Positions 45,761-62,012 of a stretch of DNA of 64,000 bases are shown here, piece by piece. The notes under the pieces are model-generated. The model worked only from the letters and a program-made list of their open reading frames with translations, did no database searches and was not told the origin of the DNA. This DNA is from the human T2T-CHM13v2.0 reference genome, Homo sapiens. The stretch lies in NCBI RefSeq assembly GCF_009914755.1, contig NC_060925.1; one strand, 5' to 3'. Position 1 is the stretch's first letter; each line of letters begins with the position of its first letter. The position numbers and the translations under genes are program-made.

Positions 45761-47411
45761 ACATATTTCCTTTTACGTATTTTTGTGTTTTAAAAAAAAT
45801 TGTAAATATTTATCTATCCATCTACTTATCTAACCATCCATCCATGCATCCATCCCTCTAGAAAATCAGAGAAACATATAATTAATGCTGAATTTTTATG
45901 CTAATGCATGTCTCCTAATCACAATGCTTTCTGTTTAGGGATCATTGGAATAAAGCTTTTTTTTTTTGGAAGAAAAACACAGTATAAGCTTTTTGAAGCT
46001 TGGAAATAAGCCTTAAGACCCACACTTAAATTGACTGAATTTTTGAGGCATGTTGATAAATAATAGAAAAAAACATACATACATTTGTACTAGGTAAAAT
46101 GTGCTTAAAATTGAAATTTTGAAACTTGTAATTCTTACTAATTTTTTTCTTGTATTGTTGTACTAATAGTGTAGTATTTTGCATAAGATCAATGCCCATA
46201 CAATATGTCCTTATTAAATTTAATTGACAACTGGGAGAAAAAATTGTGGGTTACCAATTTAAGGGAATTAGCACTTAAGTAAATAAGAATTAACCACCCC
46301 GCCTCCACACACACACACATCCCCAATGGTCCTCAAACAACCACAGTCAAAAGAAGATTGTTAAAGTACAAAATGTACTCTGGTTATTTATTTTCACCAT
46401 TGTTTGAGTTCAATTATTTATGATAATAGCATCCTTATAAGTGTACTGTAGGCTACTTTCTACAGTAATAAAGTTTTAGTAATATGAGCAGCCAATGTAC
46501 TACTCTGCTTGCAAATCTTTTCTGATAAGCTAGATGTCATGTTTAATTTTTAAAATCGGTGCTTGTATTTGAGACTTAGGTTTGAGCATACACTAGTTAG
46601 CCATTTCATACCTCAGTATGCTGTATTTATTTTAGGCTGCCATATTTGTGCATGCCAGTTATGTATAACTAAACTTGAATAGAAGGAAATCTGTCTTGAG
46701 GGGTACACAGACTTTTGTGATAAAAGGTCTTCCTAGTCTATAGATTCCTGACTAGTGAATCATGAAGACCACCTCCTGTTTCCTGTTACCGAGTAGCATA
46801 ATTTGTTATTTCTACACATGACTCTGTTTCCTGGGGAGGAGCAGCGGGGAGAGGACAGACTATGATTACTCTTTACTCCCAGGCTCCATTAGTACCCTGT
46901 CATAGCTGGATAAAGTACTGGGTATCTGCAGGTGTGCATTAAATAATATTCATAATGCCTTTAGGGAAACACAACTGCATCTTGTTAATGTAATAGTTTA
47001 TAATCATTAAATTACCATTAGAGAAATTTTATTGATGTCACTACTACCTATGATCCATTGATTCTTCATGAGCAAATGGTATATGAAGGTTTCATAGATT
47101 TGCTCCTTCTCTGTCATGGAGTTCTCACATCACATACCGCTTCTGCATCCTACATTCCTATCCTCATCCATCTATTGATAGAGATTCCAGTTCTGAGATC
47201 TTTTGGGGTTTCTGTCAAGTTTTATATTCACCGTTTTCTAGCTGTGATGGGAGGGACTTGAAGCATTCTCTGGAAATGTGTATGCAGAAGGGATAAAGGA
47301 AAGTAGCTCAGCAGAAGGCACGTTGCTGACCTTTATCCACCACTGGGAGATAATACTATAAAGAAAAAATAAATAAATAAGCTAGAGAGTTTTAGTGTGT
47401 AACTTTATTGA

Positions 47412-47514
47412 GGAATTCCATGATTTACTGTTCAATATAGCAAGGCTTATCATGTAACTTAGCTGTGGAACTCCCTGATTTACTGTGAAGCACAGTGGGG
47501 CTTATCATGTAACT
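47412..47514. repeat. Diverged 55-bp-period tandem duplication with identical blocks tgatttactgt and ggcttatcatgtaact
   Basis: Copies at 47412-47459 and 47467-47514. Confidence 0.85.
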
Positions 47515-48764
47515 ATTACACGAGAGTCTTGGCAAAGACATGGTTAGGGTTTTGCAGAGACCATTAAGAGTGACTGACATGCTTTCCTCAAATGAACCAA
47601 AGCAGACTCTGGCTAGCAAACACAATTGTTATTCTCTGCATCTGAAATTCTAGTATTTTAAATTTATTCGGCACAGATTTTAAGGGTAACTTATATGCCT
47701 ACTTTATCTTTCATCATTTTATATCGAAGCTTCTGCTTTATGGTAAATTGCTATATGAGGTTTACTGTTTTATGATTCTATTATCCATTTTTCAGGATTT
47801 AAACTCCTTTTAAAAGAGACATTATAGCTGGAGAAGCAGCACATTAAAACGCATGAAGCATGGGACATTTCCATCTCATGTCAGTCTCAGATTTAAGGCC
47901 TTCAAAGACTCCCTTGCCATTAGGATAAAATCAGAGCTTCATAGCCAGGGACATAGGGCCCTGCAAGTTAAGTTCCTTCTTCTTGTGAGGGAAGACCATT
48001 ATGTGGAAATGGAAATATCCTCTAAACAGAGACTACAGTCCCCAAGTATTAGGATATACTGATTTTTGCTACTCATGAGAAACTAGAATTAAACAGCAAT
48101 GATCATAAAGGTCTTAAGCAATTTATGCAAAAAAAAATTTGCTTTTTTCAGGCTTACCCTTTCCTGAGGATGATGTCTATGTCTTATTCTTTGAATTCTT
48201 GGCATTTAGGGCAGTCTGTGGCACCTATTGGGTCCTCAATAATTTTGAAATATGAATAAAAGTTGAACTACTTGAGATTTCTCCTTCATTTGTGTCTCCA
48301 TATCTTTGCTCACACAATTACACCTGCCTGTCCATCTTGTTTCCTTCTTCATCAAATGACTGGCTACTAACCCTGTTGTAAGTTTGGAATTAGAATAATT
48401 TTTTTCCTGATCCTCTTCCTCTTGCTCCCATAGGATCCAGTGCAGATCTATATCACTTATCAAATTAAATTCTAATCAAATTTACATGCCCAATACTCCT
48501 TTTCACTCTTTTGACCAATAAAACCTAGAACCTAAGTTAATTTCTGACATAAATTGGATATTTAGTATTTTTTAATTGAACGAGTGAGTGAAGTTAATCA
48601 ATGATGGTGAGTGGGCCTATTTGTTGTGACAGTGAATGACAAAAATGCCAAAATTCTTCTAAGAAAATCTTTGGTTTAATCAACAGATAGAAATAAATAG
48701 GTCAAAGAACAACATAACGTTGAGCAGTAAATAAAATAATGAAAAAATTTGATGATGATGTAAT

Positions 48765-49020
48765 CATAGCATGGTGGATAAAAGCAAAGATTTGGGGGCA
48801 AGAGCGCCTGGGTCCAGATCTTGATTTTTTTTAATTAGCTGTGAGACTTTAGGCAGGTTACTACACCTCTCTGTGCCTGAGTTTCTTCATCAGTAAAAGA
48901 AAGATTATAATCATACCTGCTGTGTAGGATTATTATGATATTATATTAAATAGCTATCAAGTGTTATGAAAAGTCCCTAATACATAGAAACAATTATTTA
49001 AGTATTAGCTATAATAATAC
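48765..49020 (+). mobile_element. MIR
   Basis: 'agctgtgagactttaggcaggttactacacctctctgtgcctgagtttcttcatcagtaaaa'. Confidence 0.75.
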
Positions 49021-49699
49021 TATGATTGTTGTGTACTCTTCCCAGTCTCTTTTGAAAATTTTAGTGATTATTAGTATCCTCGTTTTTAATTTAATTTCCA
49101 CAGTATTTTCCATATGAGTATGGCTGGCTTAAAATTCCATTAATTAGAGGTAGAATGGAAACTAGAGATAATTTGTTATTTAGGAAGAGAAGATAGAATT
49201 TGGTAGGCTGAAGAGTTAATAGAACTCTTAAACTTGAAGTTTTTAGACTGGAAATTTATAGTTATTTTATGCTGGTATCTCTACTTGGAAAACCTACTCC
49301 ATTTAAATACCTTCTTAATTCAGATTATGGCATCCCAGCAAATAGCTGTGATTTAGCCCTGAACTTGTGGAAATTTGCCTATTTTATGGTCGGAAGCTAA
49401 TGTTGGGAAACCCCCTATTTCCTGTTTTAAGAATGAATTAACATTTAAGTTCATTGAAAATGATAATTTGTCAGAACTCTGAATTCTTCATGTGAAATGA
49501 AGTCTAAGAAAATATGTATCTATAATTAATTGTATGCATTCTAGCACTTATAGGTTTGCTAAAACAATGCATACAATCCATTTATTTTTCTTAACTATGA
49601 TTGTTCTGAGTTATCTTCCAGGATAGGCCTATTGACTGTGATGCTGGGAACCTTAGTTGACCTTTAGTCTACTTTTCCAGATGTGAAGAATGAAATAAG

Positions 49700-51170
<1,471 letters not shown>

Positions 51171-53434
51171 TGGTTTAATCAACCAAGGGAAATAAATCAG
51201 CCAAACAATAGCATAACATTAGATATATCATTGCACATTTATTATATTATATTGATGTCAACATTTAAATAGTGTTGTAAATAGCCAACTATCCATCAAC
51301 ATTTCTGTTCTTCTGTTCATGGTATAGGATCTTCATTATAGACTCTTTACTGTACATTTGTTGCTATAATGCTGCTACCCAATCAGGAATTATAATCTCC
51401 AGTCCTCTCCCCACCCTTGTATTTGGTTATGGCCAAATAATAAGTTATCAATGGATTTTGGATGTGTCACTTCTAGGTCAGAGGTTTTAAAAGGCATGCA
51501 TGCCTTCTCCTTATTTCCTTTCCTCTTCTTCTTTCTTCCTATGTGAGACCACTATGTAGAGTGAGAAATACACTTTTACTACATTTTTATGATGTTTTCC
51601 AGTTGCAGTTCATTATTATTTATGTAGGTAGGGATATCTCTTTAGTGGGAGGAGGTTTCAGTTTGAAGGTTATGGGCCATTTCTCTTCTTCTTGCAGGGG
51701 TAATGGGGAAAAATAAGCAGAGAGAAATTTGGGGACCAATAATGAGATAATGTGAACTATGGAATATGACTGCCAAAAGCAGCACCTCTTTCTTGGTTAT
51801 GAATTTTTACTTGTCTCATGTCTGTCTTGAAGAAGTGTGAAGAAAGAAGAGAGATAACAAGTGTATGATCTGAAAAGGGGTGTCTGTATGTTAGGTAACC
51901 ATTGCTGAAAGATAAAACCAAGAAAACCAATTAGGTCTCTAAGCTTTAGAGAAAAAAGGTCTTGTCCAAAGATTTAATAATTCTAACTTTAGCTCCTAGT
52001 GCCTTCCTTTCCTTATTGATCTCTCATAGTGTCAGGCTCAGTTTCTTTAACAGTCACCCTAGCAACCCTCTGTCCCAGCAGATCTAAGAATTCTCTTTAT
52101 GTTTTACACATAACTTAGTTGGGGAAAACAAGGCAGCTGGGATTCCTAACATGAAGAAATTTTATTTTATAAGGGCTAGTTCCACTCTTTAGAACAAAGA
52201 TATTGGACTGAAGATGGAGGTCAATAAAAATTGTAACCTGCTTGTAAAATCACTGCTGCTCTTTGGGGTTTCCAAACATCTTGCTGTAGTACAGGCATTA
52301 GAAAGTGCACTGACAACAGTGTTTCTGCTATCTTCATTATATTTTGTTCATTGTATATGCCATAATATTTGCCAAGGTTATTATCGATTTTGAATTTCAT
52401 GAAATAAGAAGGGAAAAGTAAGTTGGGGTTTGGGGAGTGCAGGGAAAGGGTTTCAACTAAGTCTGTAAGTCAATTGTAGTAATTTTAAAGTAATATCCAA
52501 GAGAATCCAAGGAGAAATTGGTAAAGCAGTTGAAATACTCTGGGTAATATTGTGTAGTATAATAATAAAAAAGAAAATAAAATGAAATATTGTTCCATAG
52601 AACTTAATTTATGAGATGAAAACTTAAATCCAAGTCAAATGCCTGAAAATATAAAAGCGTAACCAAGACTAGAAAAAAAAGAGTAAGTACTGCAATTTCT
52701 CCACAATTAGAAAACCAAGATGATCTATTATTTTTCATTTTCCAGAATTGATAACATGCAGAGATTATGCAGCACTAGCCATTTTTAAAAAACGGATAAG
52801 TAGTCCTTTTTGTTTATAAATGAGTTATTTAGTAATTGTGGAGACATAATTTGATATCTAAGGTAAATATGGAGGTCATTGTGTGCTACATTCATTCTTT
52901 GTTTCATTTCCCTACTAAATGCCAGTAGGATCTGAATTAGGAAAAATGAGGACCTGAACATTTTACCCCCTTACATAGTCTTGTTATCTCTCTCAAGTTT
53001 AATTTGTAAAATATAATCCTAATTTTGGGGGGGAGGGGGTTTTTGTAACTGTGAAATATGGCATACATAGATGTAAAATAATTAGTAAAAAAAATTGGAG
53101 AAATGAAAAATAGAAAAATAGAGGGTTTGAGAGGCAAAGTTTCATTGGCAATTTGATTTTGCATAAATCTGGACTCAAGTCCGGTTTATCAGCTAATTGA
53201 TCTTGGTAAGTTACTTGCCATCTGTAAGCCATAATTTGTCATAATGAACTGGATCATAATATGTTATAAATATAAGATTATATATATTAAGTATTTATTA
53301 TAGAGCTTTGTGACCAATTTAAATTATTGCTATTTCCATGATTAATATGATCAAAAGTAAAATAGAAAGAGAAAAATATTTTGCACCTCTTTGTATATAG
53401 ATGCCTGTTTTCAAGTTTGAAAAGACCAGAATCA

Positions 53435-53652
53435 GACTGGGTGTGGTGACTCACACCTATAATCCCAGCCTTTGGAAGTCTGAAGCAGGAGGATTGCTTG
53501 AGCCCAGGAGTTTGAGACCTGCGTGGGCAACAGAGTGAGACTTTCTCTACAAAAATGACAAAAATTTTCTGGGCATGATGGCACATGCCTGTACTTCCAG
53601 CTATGTATGACTGAGGTGGGAGGATCGCTTGAGCCCAGGAGTTCGAGACCAG
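53435..53652 (+). mobile_element. AluJ, 3'-truncated and lacking a tail
   Basis: 'aggattgcttgagcccaggag'; similarity stops mid right arm. Confidence 0.85.
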
Positions 53653-54377
53653 AAGCAGATGCGTTTCCTCGTACTCTTCTCTCTCCTTTGTTCTGCACAT
53701 TTATCACTTCCCCCATTTCCTGTCAAACTCTTAAACATTATGATAAACAACTCTAAGGGTCATCATAGTTCATTTCTGCTCTTTGAATTACATGTACATC
53801 GATTGAGTTGCTGAAATTATATTTCATCGTTTTAATATGCACCTTCTTCTCTATTCTTAAATCCTCAACAAATTTCCAGACCATTGCATCTCTTTGATAC
53901 TAATCTTGATTTTGCTCAGTTTGAAACACCACAGTGGGAATTGCCTTAGGTCCTCTGCACATGTATTATTCCTGTATTCAAAATTATTCAGAGGTTCGTC
54001 GTGTGAAGTCAAAACTCCTCATGAGAACACGAAAGCTCTCAAGGTGTTATATTTAGTTTTCATGTTTTATTTTTATTCTTCCAAGGTCATCTTGGTTAAT
54101 TAGTTTATTTAGCCTGCTTCCATGGGTGTGGAATCTTAGATTGTTATTCTTCTTTCTTCCCTTAACTACTTCATTTTCTTCTACCCCTTTACATCAATCT
54201 TCTGTAATAACCATGCTCATTGCGCCGCCTCTCCAGACTAGATGGAATCTCTTTTTAATGATGAGTCTTTGTAACACTCTTGTCATGAAATCATGCTCAA
54301 ATTCTTTTTTTAGAAGAATTTCAATCAAAGTTTGCCATCTGGTCAATCTTACGTTGTACAGAGCTGACTAATGTAGT

Positions 54378-54700
54378 GTAACAAATACAGTAGTGCTTAC
54401 TAAATATTCCATGTGCTCCCCTAGTTTTCCCAGCATCCCTTGTAATTAGGTTGAAGTTGGATGATGAATTCTGGCTGGGAGTGGAAGTGGGCATGACTTA
54501 GGTCTGAGGTGCTTAGAAGCAGGTCCTAGAGGCCATAATTTGGAATGGCAGCATCAGACAGTTGTAATAAGGTCAGTCTGGGTCCCCTAGTGGCCCCCTG
54601 ACCATCCACCAGAGCTGTACATATAGCTCACTGTGTAAAATGTCTGAGACCTCAGAGTAAATATATTTCTCGAGCATATCCCAGCTTATCTTGACTAATA
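54378..54700 (+). mobile_element. MLT1I/J-like LTR
   Basis: 'ttttcccagcatcccttgtaattagg', ends 'cttatcttgactaata'. Confidence 0.55.
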
Positions 54701-54704
54701 TCTT

Positions 54705-55350
54705 TGGTTAATTAGGCCCAACAGTAATTAATAGGACAAAGTCAGCAATATAGGCCGCAGTGTGCAACAGCTGACTGTAGACTTGCATTCCTCAAATAGT
54801 AAAATTGTTTCTAGAAATGGTGCTTTTTATATCAACAGGGTCAGAGAAAATGTTAATAAAAGTGATGATAATCATACACAGATATTACGTTGCCATGCAC
54901 AGCATGGCAATAATGAAATGGTGCTATTGATGGCTTTTGGCATTTGCAATTTTAAGGTAAATAAAAATGCATTGGTTAATGTCTGTCTCATCTATTTATT
55001 AATACAATAATAAATTGTGTGTAAGTTTTATTTTTTCATACCATAGTTTGGGGTTTTTCACATTGAACCTAAGTTCTGAATAAAAATGTGTGATTTGCAG
55101 ATGCCACTGTACCATTTTCATCTTTTAGTGTGCTGCCTACTTTTCACTTTAGAAAAAAAAAAAATGAAATCAACTCTCTTTTCTTTGATTCTTCAGGCTT
55201 AATTGGAATGGAGCACTCATGCTCAAATTAAGGGGCTTTCACTTAACTATTCTGCTTCATTTAAGAAAAAAAAAAGGCCTTGTTAGCTAAGCTAAGACAT
55301 GGTATTTGTGAATCCATAACTAGCAAAGCATCCATCACACAGCTGCAAAA
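54705..55350. promoter_or_regulatory. Candidate conserved non-coding element / enhancer
   Basis: No recognisable repeat; 'ttaattag', 'gtaattaat', 'cagctg', palindrome ttgccatgc-aca-gcatggcaa. Confidence 0.35.
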
Positions 55351-56027
55351 CACAATAGGTATTTTGGTATAGTTATATCTGTCTTAGGGATCTGCAGTGT
55401 GTGAAAAGAAGAGGCAAAAATAGGGCCCGCTAAATAAAAACCAGCCTTTGGCTGACTACACCTTTCCTTCGTTTCTTACCTTTCACACCCACTAATTACC
55501 TCCCAGAAATTTGGTCAATGAGAAAAACCCCACCAGATATCCAAAACTACAATCACTTTAAGTAGTTCTGTCCGCCAGATTCACAAAATATACCTGGTTA
55601 ACATGGAAACATTTATTTACTTAGGAAAGAATATATCTGAAACTGAGAACAATTGTATAATTTTGACCAAGTGTCTAACAGTACATCAGGACAATTTTGT
55701 ATTGTTTTCTATCCCAGTAGCACATATTTTGGAAAATGCTTAAAGGAAATGCTCTGGTTATGATTTTTAAAGGTAGATATTTGTTGCAAACATGAAGGAG
55801 GGACCATTGTAAACCTGGTCAAGCAGTGTGCTGGATTATCTCTGTCTAAGTAAACTCTGTTCTCAAGTAGATGTGTTTATGGTTATTTTATAGTGGAAAG
55901 AGCTTCTAGCCTCTTAGAAAGTCATCCTATCCTGATATATAAGTGCCATCCTTGACACCTTGTTCTCCCTCATGCCTCATATGTAATCCAGTCTATCCCC
56001 TACACATTTAAAAAATTTATATGCATA

Positions 56028-56460
<433 letters not shown>

Positions 56461-56474
56461 ATTTATACACATCT

Positions 56475-57130
56475 TTCCACCATATTCATCAGTTCATCTC
56501 ACCTGGATGCTGGCAACAGCTCCTTGACTGATAAAAAGCATTCTGACTTGCCTCTGATCCAGTCTCCAAATTGCAATCAAGCAAGTATCATTGCACCACA
56601 ACACACTTAAAACCTCACAATGGCTTTTGATTCCTTTTAAAATAAAGTAAAAATGCCTTTAATGAGCCTAAAACACAGTCTAACCCCTATACATATCTAA
56701 CATTGTCTCTACTCAAGTCTTGCTCTCACTCTTCACTCCAGCCAAATTGGCCATGTTATATTATCTTTTGTCCTCTCCATACTTCTTTATATCACAGAGC
56801 CTTTGTACATGCTGTTACCTCTGTCTGGAGTTCTAGCTTCTTTTGCCACTCCTACACCCCTAAACAACCACAATGTTCACATACCTCATTTAATTAATTC
56901 TCACTCATGCTTGAGAACCCAGTTTAGTCATTTCTTTCTCATTGAACATACTGCAAACTATGTTTCTTGTATGCCACTAATTACAGTTGCAATTTTACAC
57001 TTCTTGTTATGAATAATTGATTAATGAGTATCTCTAAACTCTATATTACATAAGGGTAGATCCTCCTTACTTTTTCATTTAATAATTGCACATAGCAGGT
57101 ATTCAATAAATTCATGTTGAATGAGTTAAT
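56475..57130 (+). mobile_element. L2 3' fragment
   Basis: 'tctcacctgga...caacagctcc', 'cctttgtacatgctgttacctctgtctgga', ends 'caataaattcatgttgaatgagt'. Confidence 0.6.
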
Positions 57131-58408
57131 GAGTTAATCTTTAGAAATAAGGCTCAGCTTGCTTATCTGCAAACCTCTCAAGTCTGTTATAGGAATAAAT
57201 GAAATATTGTTCATAAAGTACTTACCACTGTTCTTCTCAATAAACTCTAGTTATGATACAAATAAAAATAAGATGACCACTTATAATTTCCTCCCTTTTT
57301 AAATAGCAGCAGAGAGTCACTCTATAGAGACAATGATTGTTTTCTCTTTTTTTTGTTGAAGTTTTAGTGAGCTAATAAGTAACTCCCTACTATCCGACAG
57401 AATTCTGAGGTAGACAGAGAGAAAAGGCAGGTGGAAATAAAATGATCAGCGTTATTACTGATAAAACAGATACAGGAGAATGTAGCTAAAGTTTAAGGCA
57501 ATGACACAGCTCCTAAAGCCAGCCTCAGAAAGAGGCTGACATCCCAACTAGACAACTGCAGGCCTCCCTGCGTCTGCAGGGGCAGGGCCTCATCAGCAAG
57601 CTTACTGTGTGGCACCAAGCCGACCAGAGAACATGCTTTCTGCAAACAGACAGATCACAAAACATGGGGAAGTGACTGAGCCACATGTATCAAGTTTCCT
57701 CATCCAACTTTACCAGTCACATAAATCATTCCTCTTTCCATGGAGATGAGTAAATGAGAAAGTTGGGAGAAAGGAAAAAATTATGACTTTAATGGAAATC
57801 CTTCCACATAAAAAGAGACATCAGGAATGGGGACTAAGTATTACATTTCTTACCTTAATGTATTATATTAGATACAGTGTTGTGCACTTTCTTAGAGTCC
57901 CTCAGCTGTCTTTATCTTTTAAAAAATTGTTTCACTGGAACAGAGTTGGCTTTCACCCTTCAGACTTGAATAAAAGCAGTGACTCAGACATTTGTAAGAC
58001 CTAGAGCCCTGAGGGTTAAGCCTTGGCTATTGGAAAACAAGAATTGGGCGGGAAACAGGTGGGTATCTCCTTCCTTTCTCCCATGTGTGAACTGCTCTTG
58101 GGTGTAGTTTTTCCTTGTCAGCTCTGTGAAGAAGTCTTGCATGATGAAGAAATAATACATGTTGAGTGACTGCTGTGGTCTTCACAGCTCCTTGACAAAC
58201 GATGGCCATAGTGATGCATCAAATCACGTTGCTATGGCATTTTCCTTGCTTCATTTTCCCATTTTTTTCTTCATCCTCAACACTTTCAGTCAGCACTTTC
58301 CAAACCCAATATCAGCACTTGGAATACTTGCCCCTGACTTTACTATCTGGAAGAACTATCATAAAACATACATGTTACTTGAAATGAAATTTTATACTGG
58401 AGTTCTTT

Positions 58409-58722
58409 ATTTTACAAAAACATTATGGGTGTATAATAGTAATATATATTTATGGAGGACATGTGATGTTTTGATACAGGCATATAATATGTAGTAATCA
58501 AATCAGAATAATTGGGGTATCCATCACCCCAAGACTATATTATTTATTTGTGTTAGGAACATTCTGATTCCACTCTTTTACTTATTTTTAAATATATTTT
58601 TACCAGAGGCTGGGAAGGAACTCTTAGAGGGAGGTATGAAGTAGGGATGGTCAATGGGTACAGAAATACAGTTAGAGAGAATGAATAAGATCTAGTATTA
58701 GTAGCACAATAGGGTGACTATC
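58409..58722 (-). mobile_element. Short L1MA (about MA3-5) 3'UTR insertion with 5' inversion
   Basis: Antisense 3' end 58409-58596, sense piece 'ttaccagaggctgggaagg...agggtgactat' 58600-58721; TSD actggagttcttt / actagagttcttt, with TTTT/AA next to the right copy. Confidence 0.8.
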
Positions 58723-58755
58723 ACTAGAGTTCTTTTTTAAAGTCTTTGTATATAC

Positions 58756-59775
<1,020 letters not shown>

Positions 59776-59877
59776 ATAATTCTAACCCATGGAGCTGAAT
59801 ATAAGCATTCAGAAGATGGTGAAGCAAAGTTCTTTCACAGACAACATTTCCAAGAAACTTGCTCAAAGCTCTTGCTC

Positions 59878-60052
59878 ACAGGAATGTTAGCAGTCACCAG
59901 AAACTGGAAGAGACAGGGAAAAAATTATCCCCCAATGTCTTCAGAGGGAGCGTGGCCCTGTGGACACTTTGATTTCTACCCAGTAATGCTGATTTTAGAC
60001 TTCCAGCCTCCACAGTTATGTAACAGTAAACCTCTGTTGTCTTTAAAGCAAT
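59878..60052 (+). mobile_element. MLT1D/E LTR 3' fragment
   Basis: 'ccagaaactggaagagac', 'gtggccctgtggacactttgattt', 'gacttccagcctccacag'. Confidence 0.6.
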
Positions 60053-60502
60053 AAAAAAAAGTTCTCACTCAAGAAATATTTCTAAGCCAGTTCATATGCT
60101 GCAGAGAAAAGGCTGAGTGAGCTGACTGGCAATAGGACATGGACCAGGCTTGATGAGATCCTTCTGATTGTAATAATTAAGGCTGTAAGCTGTGAAGATG
60201 AAGTGGTGTTTTCATTGTGGAGAAAAACATGGTCATGGTTTCCATAGTATGGGTACAACTGAAAGGGTAAGAAGAACAAATCGAGGAAAAGGAAAATCTC
60301 ATCCACTAGGATGAAGCAATTTGCTCATGACCTACATACGGAACATGCAGGATTTGTAGGGAGTAATCAGAAAAGCATTTTTCATTTTCTCTATCAGTAA
60401 CCCTTTAAATGTCCTCGGTGTGGGTTGTCCTCCCAAGATAGAAACTTGAGCAATCTTATAAGTTTTCCAGTAATATCCAGGTAATAAAAAGCCCTGTTGT
60501 CT

Positions 60503-60730
60503 GAGAACACATGGACATAGGAAGGGGAACAATACACAATGGGGTATGTCTTGGATTGGGGACCGGGGGGAAGGAAAAGCATCAGGACAAGCTAATGGAT
60601 GTGGAGCTTAATACCTAGGTGATGGATTGATACGTGCGGCAAACCACCATGGCACACATTTACCTATGTAACAAGCCTGCACATACTGCACATGTATCCC
60701 ACAACTTAAAATGAAAAAAAAAATTGTTTT
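60503..60730 (+). mobile_element. L1PA10-13-like 3'UTR insertion
   Basis: 'gagaacacatggacat...cacatgtatcccacaacttaaa'; TSD aaaagccctgttgtct (60487-60502) / aaaagccctattgtct (60731-60746). Confidence 0.9.
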
Positions 60731-60961
60731 AAAAGCCCTATTGTCTTTTTAAGTACAGTCTCAATTTAATAATTACAAAGTGTCTAGCCTGATACTTTAA
60801 CCAACATTTTAATTTTAATCCCCCTCTCCCCGAGCTGGGACAGACTAAGGTAGGCTGCTGACCTTCTCATTGATTCTCTCACCTCAGCCTCTCTCACTAG
60901 CTGTTCTCTCCTCCAACATGGGTATGGAGTTGGAGCAGGAAAATACTTTACTAGTGAGACA

Positions 60962-61409
60962 TGACAAAGATTCCTTGCTTGACCAAACTTTAGTCAGGCT
61001 CATGATTAAAACTTCTCGTAGGTCCATCTGTGCACTTTTTTGTAAAATCCACTTTTAGCAAGAACCCTGCTAAGTCATTTTAGCCAGAACCTTCTACCCT
61101 CCATATCTTATCACCCTAGAGATCTAGTCAGGTTCATCCCCCTCCACTATCCCCCAGGTGATATCTGATCACCCTGGCCTATCTTCTGCAAGAATCCTGT
61201 TACGTTAGTTTAGCCAGAATCCTCACTACCCCTAATGTTTCCTCTTAGAAATTTTCCATCCACTGACCCCTATCCTGTCCTCTGGCTGTAAATTCCCACT
61301 TGCCCAGTAGAATTGAGCACAGCTTTATACTGAGATCTCTGTTCCCATATTACAGTAATCCTGAATAAAATCTGTTTTTATCACTTTAACTACTATTTTT
61401 TCTTTGACA
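60962..61409 (+). mobile_element. MER31 (ERV1) solo LTR
   Basis: 'tgacaaagattccttgcttgaccaaactttagtcaggctc...ctgaataaaatctg...ctttgaca'. Confidence 0.8.
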
Positions 61410-62012
61410 GAATTACCTTCCTAAATGACTTCATAATCTCTAAACTTGGCTGATATGTAATGTTCTCTCTCTCATGGAAACTTTTGTAATTCAACTGGAG
61501 GCTACCGTGGTGCCCTTCCCAATTGTGGCTCTATTAAGATGGCCAGTGCTTTTCCTATGGTGAGCTGTCCCCAGTCCACCTTTAGCAACTATTTCTGATA
61601 ATACACATCACAGCTTATTACTTCTGGTGTCACTGTGTCCTGGAAAGCAACTTTCTAAGGTAGGCGCCCTTTTAATACAATTGAGGGTAAGTTTTCAGGA
61701 TTTACCCTAGTACAGACAATAAATGTTTCTCCTCATCATCTTACTCTAGGATGAACTATTTCAAAAGAAATGTAATAAGTTCAGTAGTTTTTTGTTGATA
61801 AGTGAATGAATAAAAAGCTTGTTCTGCTATAATATAATCTTCCTGAACTCTGACCTTCTATTATATAATTTCTTTTTTAATCCATAAATCTAGTAATCTT
61901 TCTCCTGGTCCATTAATAAGACAATCAAACATCAACCAATTATCAAGTATATGTTCAGCATGGGCTATTTAGTATCATTTTCTAGATGTTTTAAAAAAAC
62001 ATAGAAGATGCA

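Noticed and set aside
54583-54596. CTCF-like motif (rc gccactaggggacc); weaker ones near 17325 and 31188
   Set aside because: Mismatches in the GGC core; cannot be supported without ChIP data
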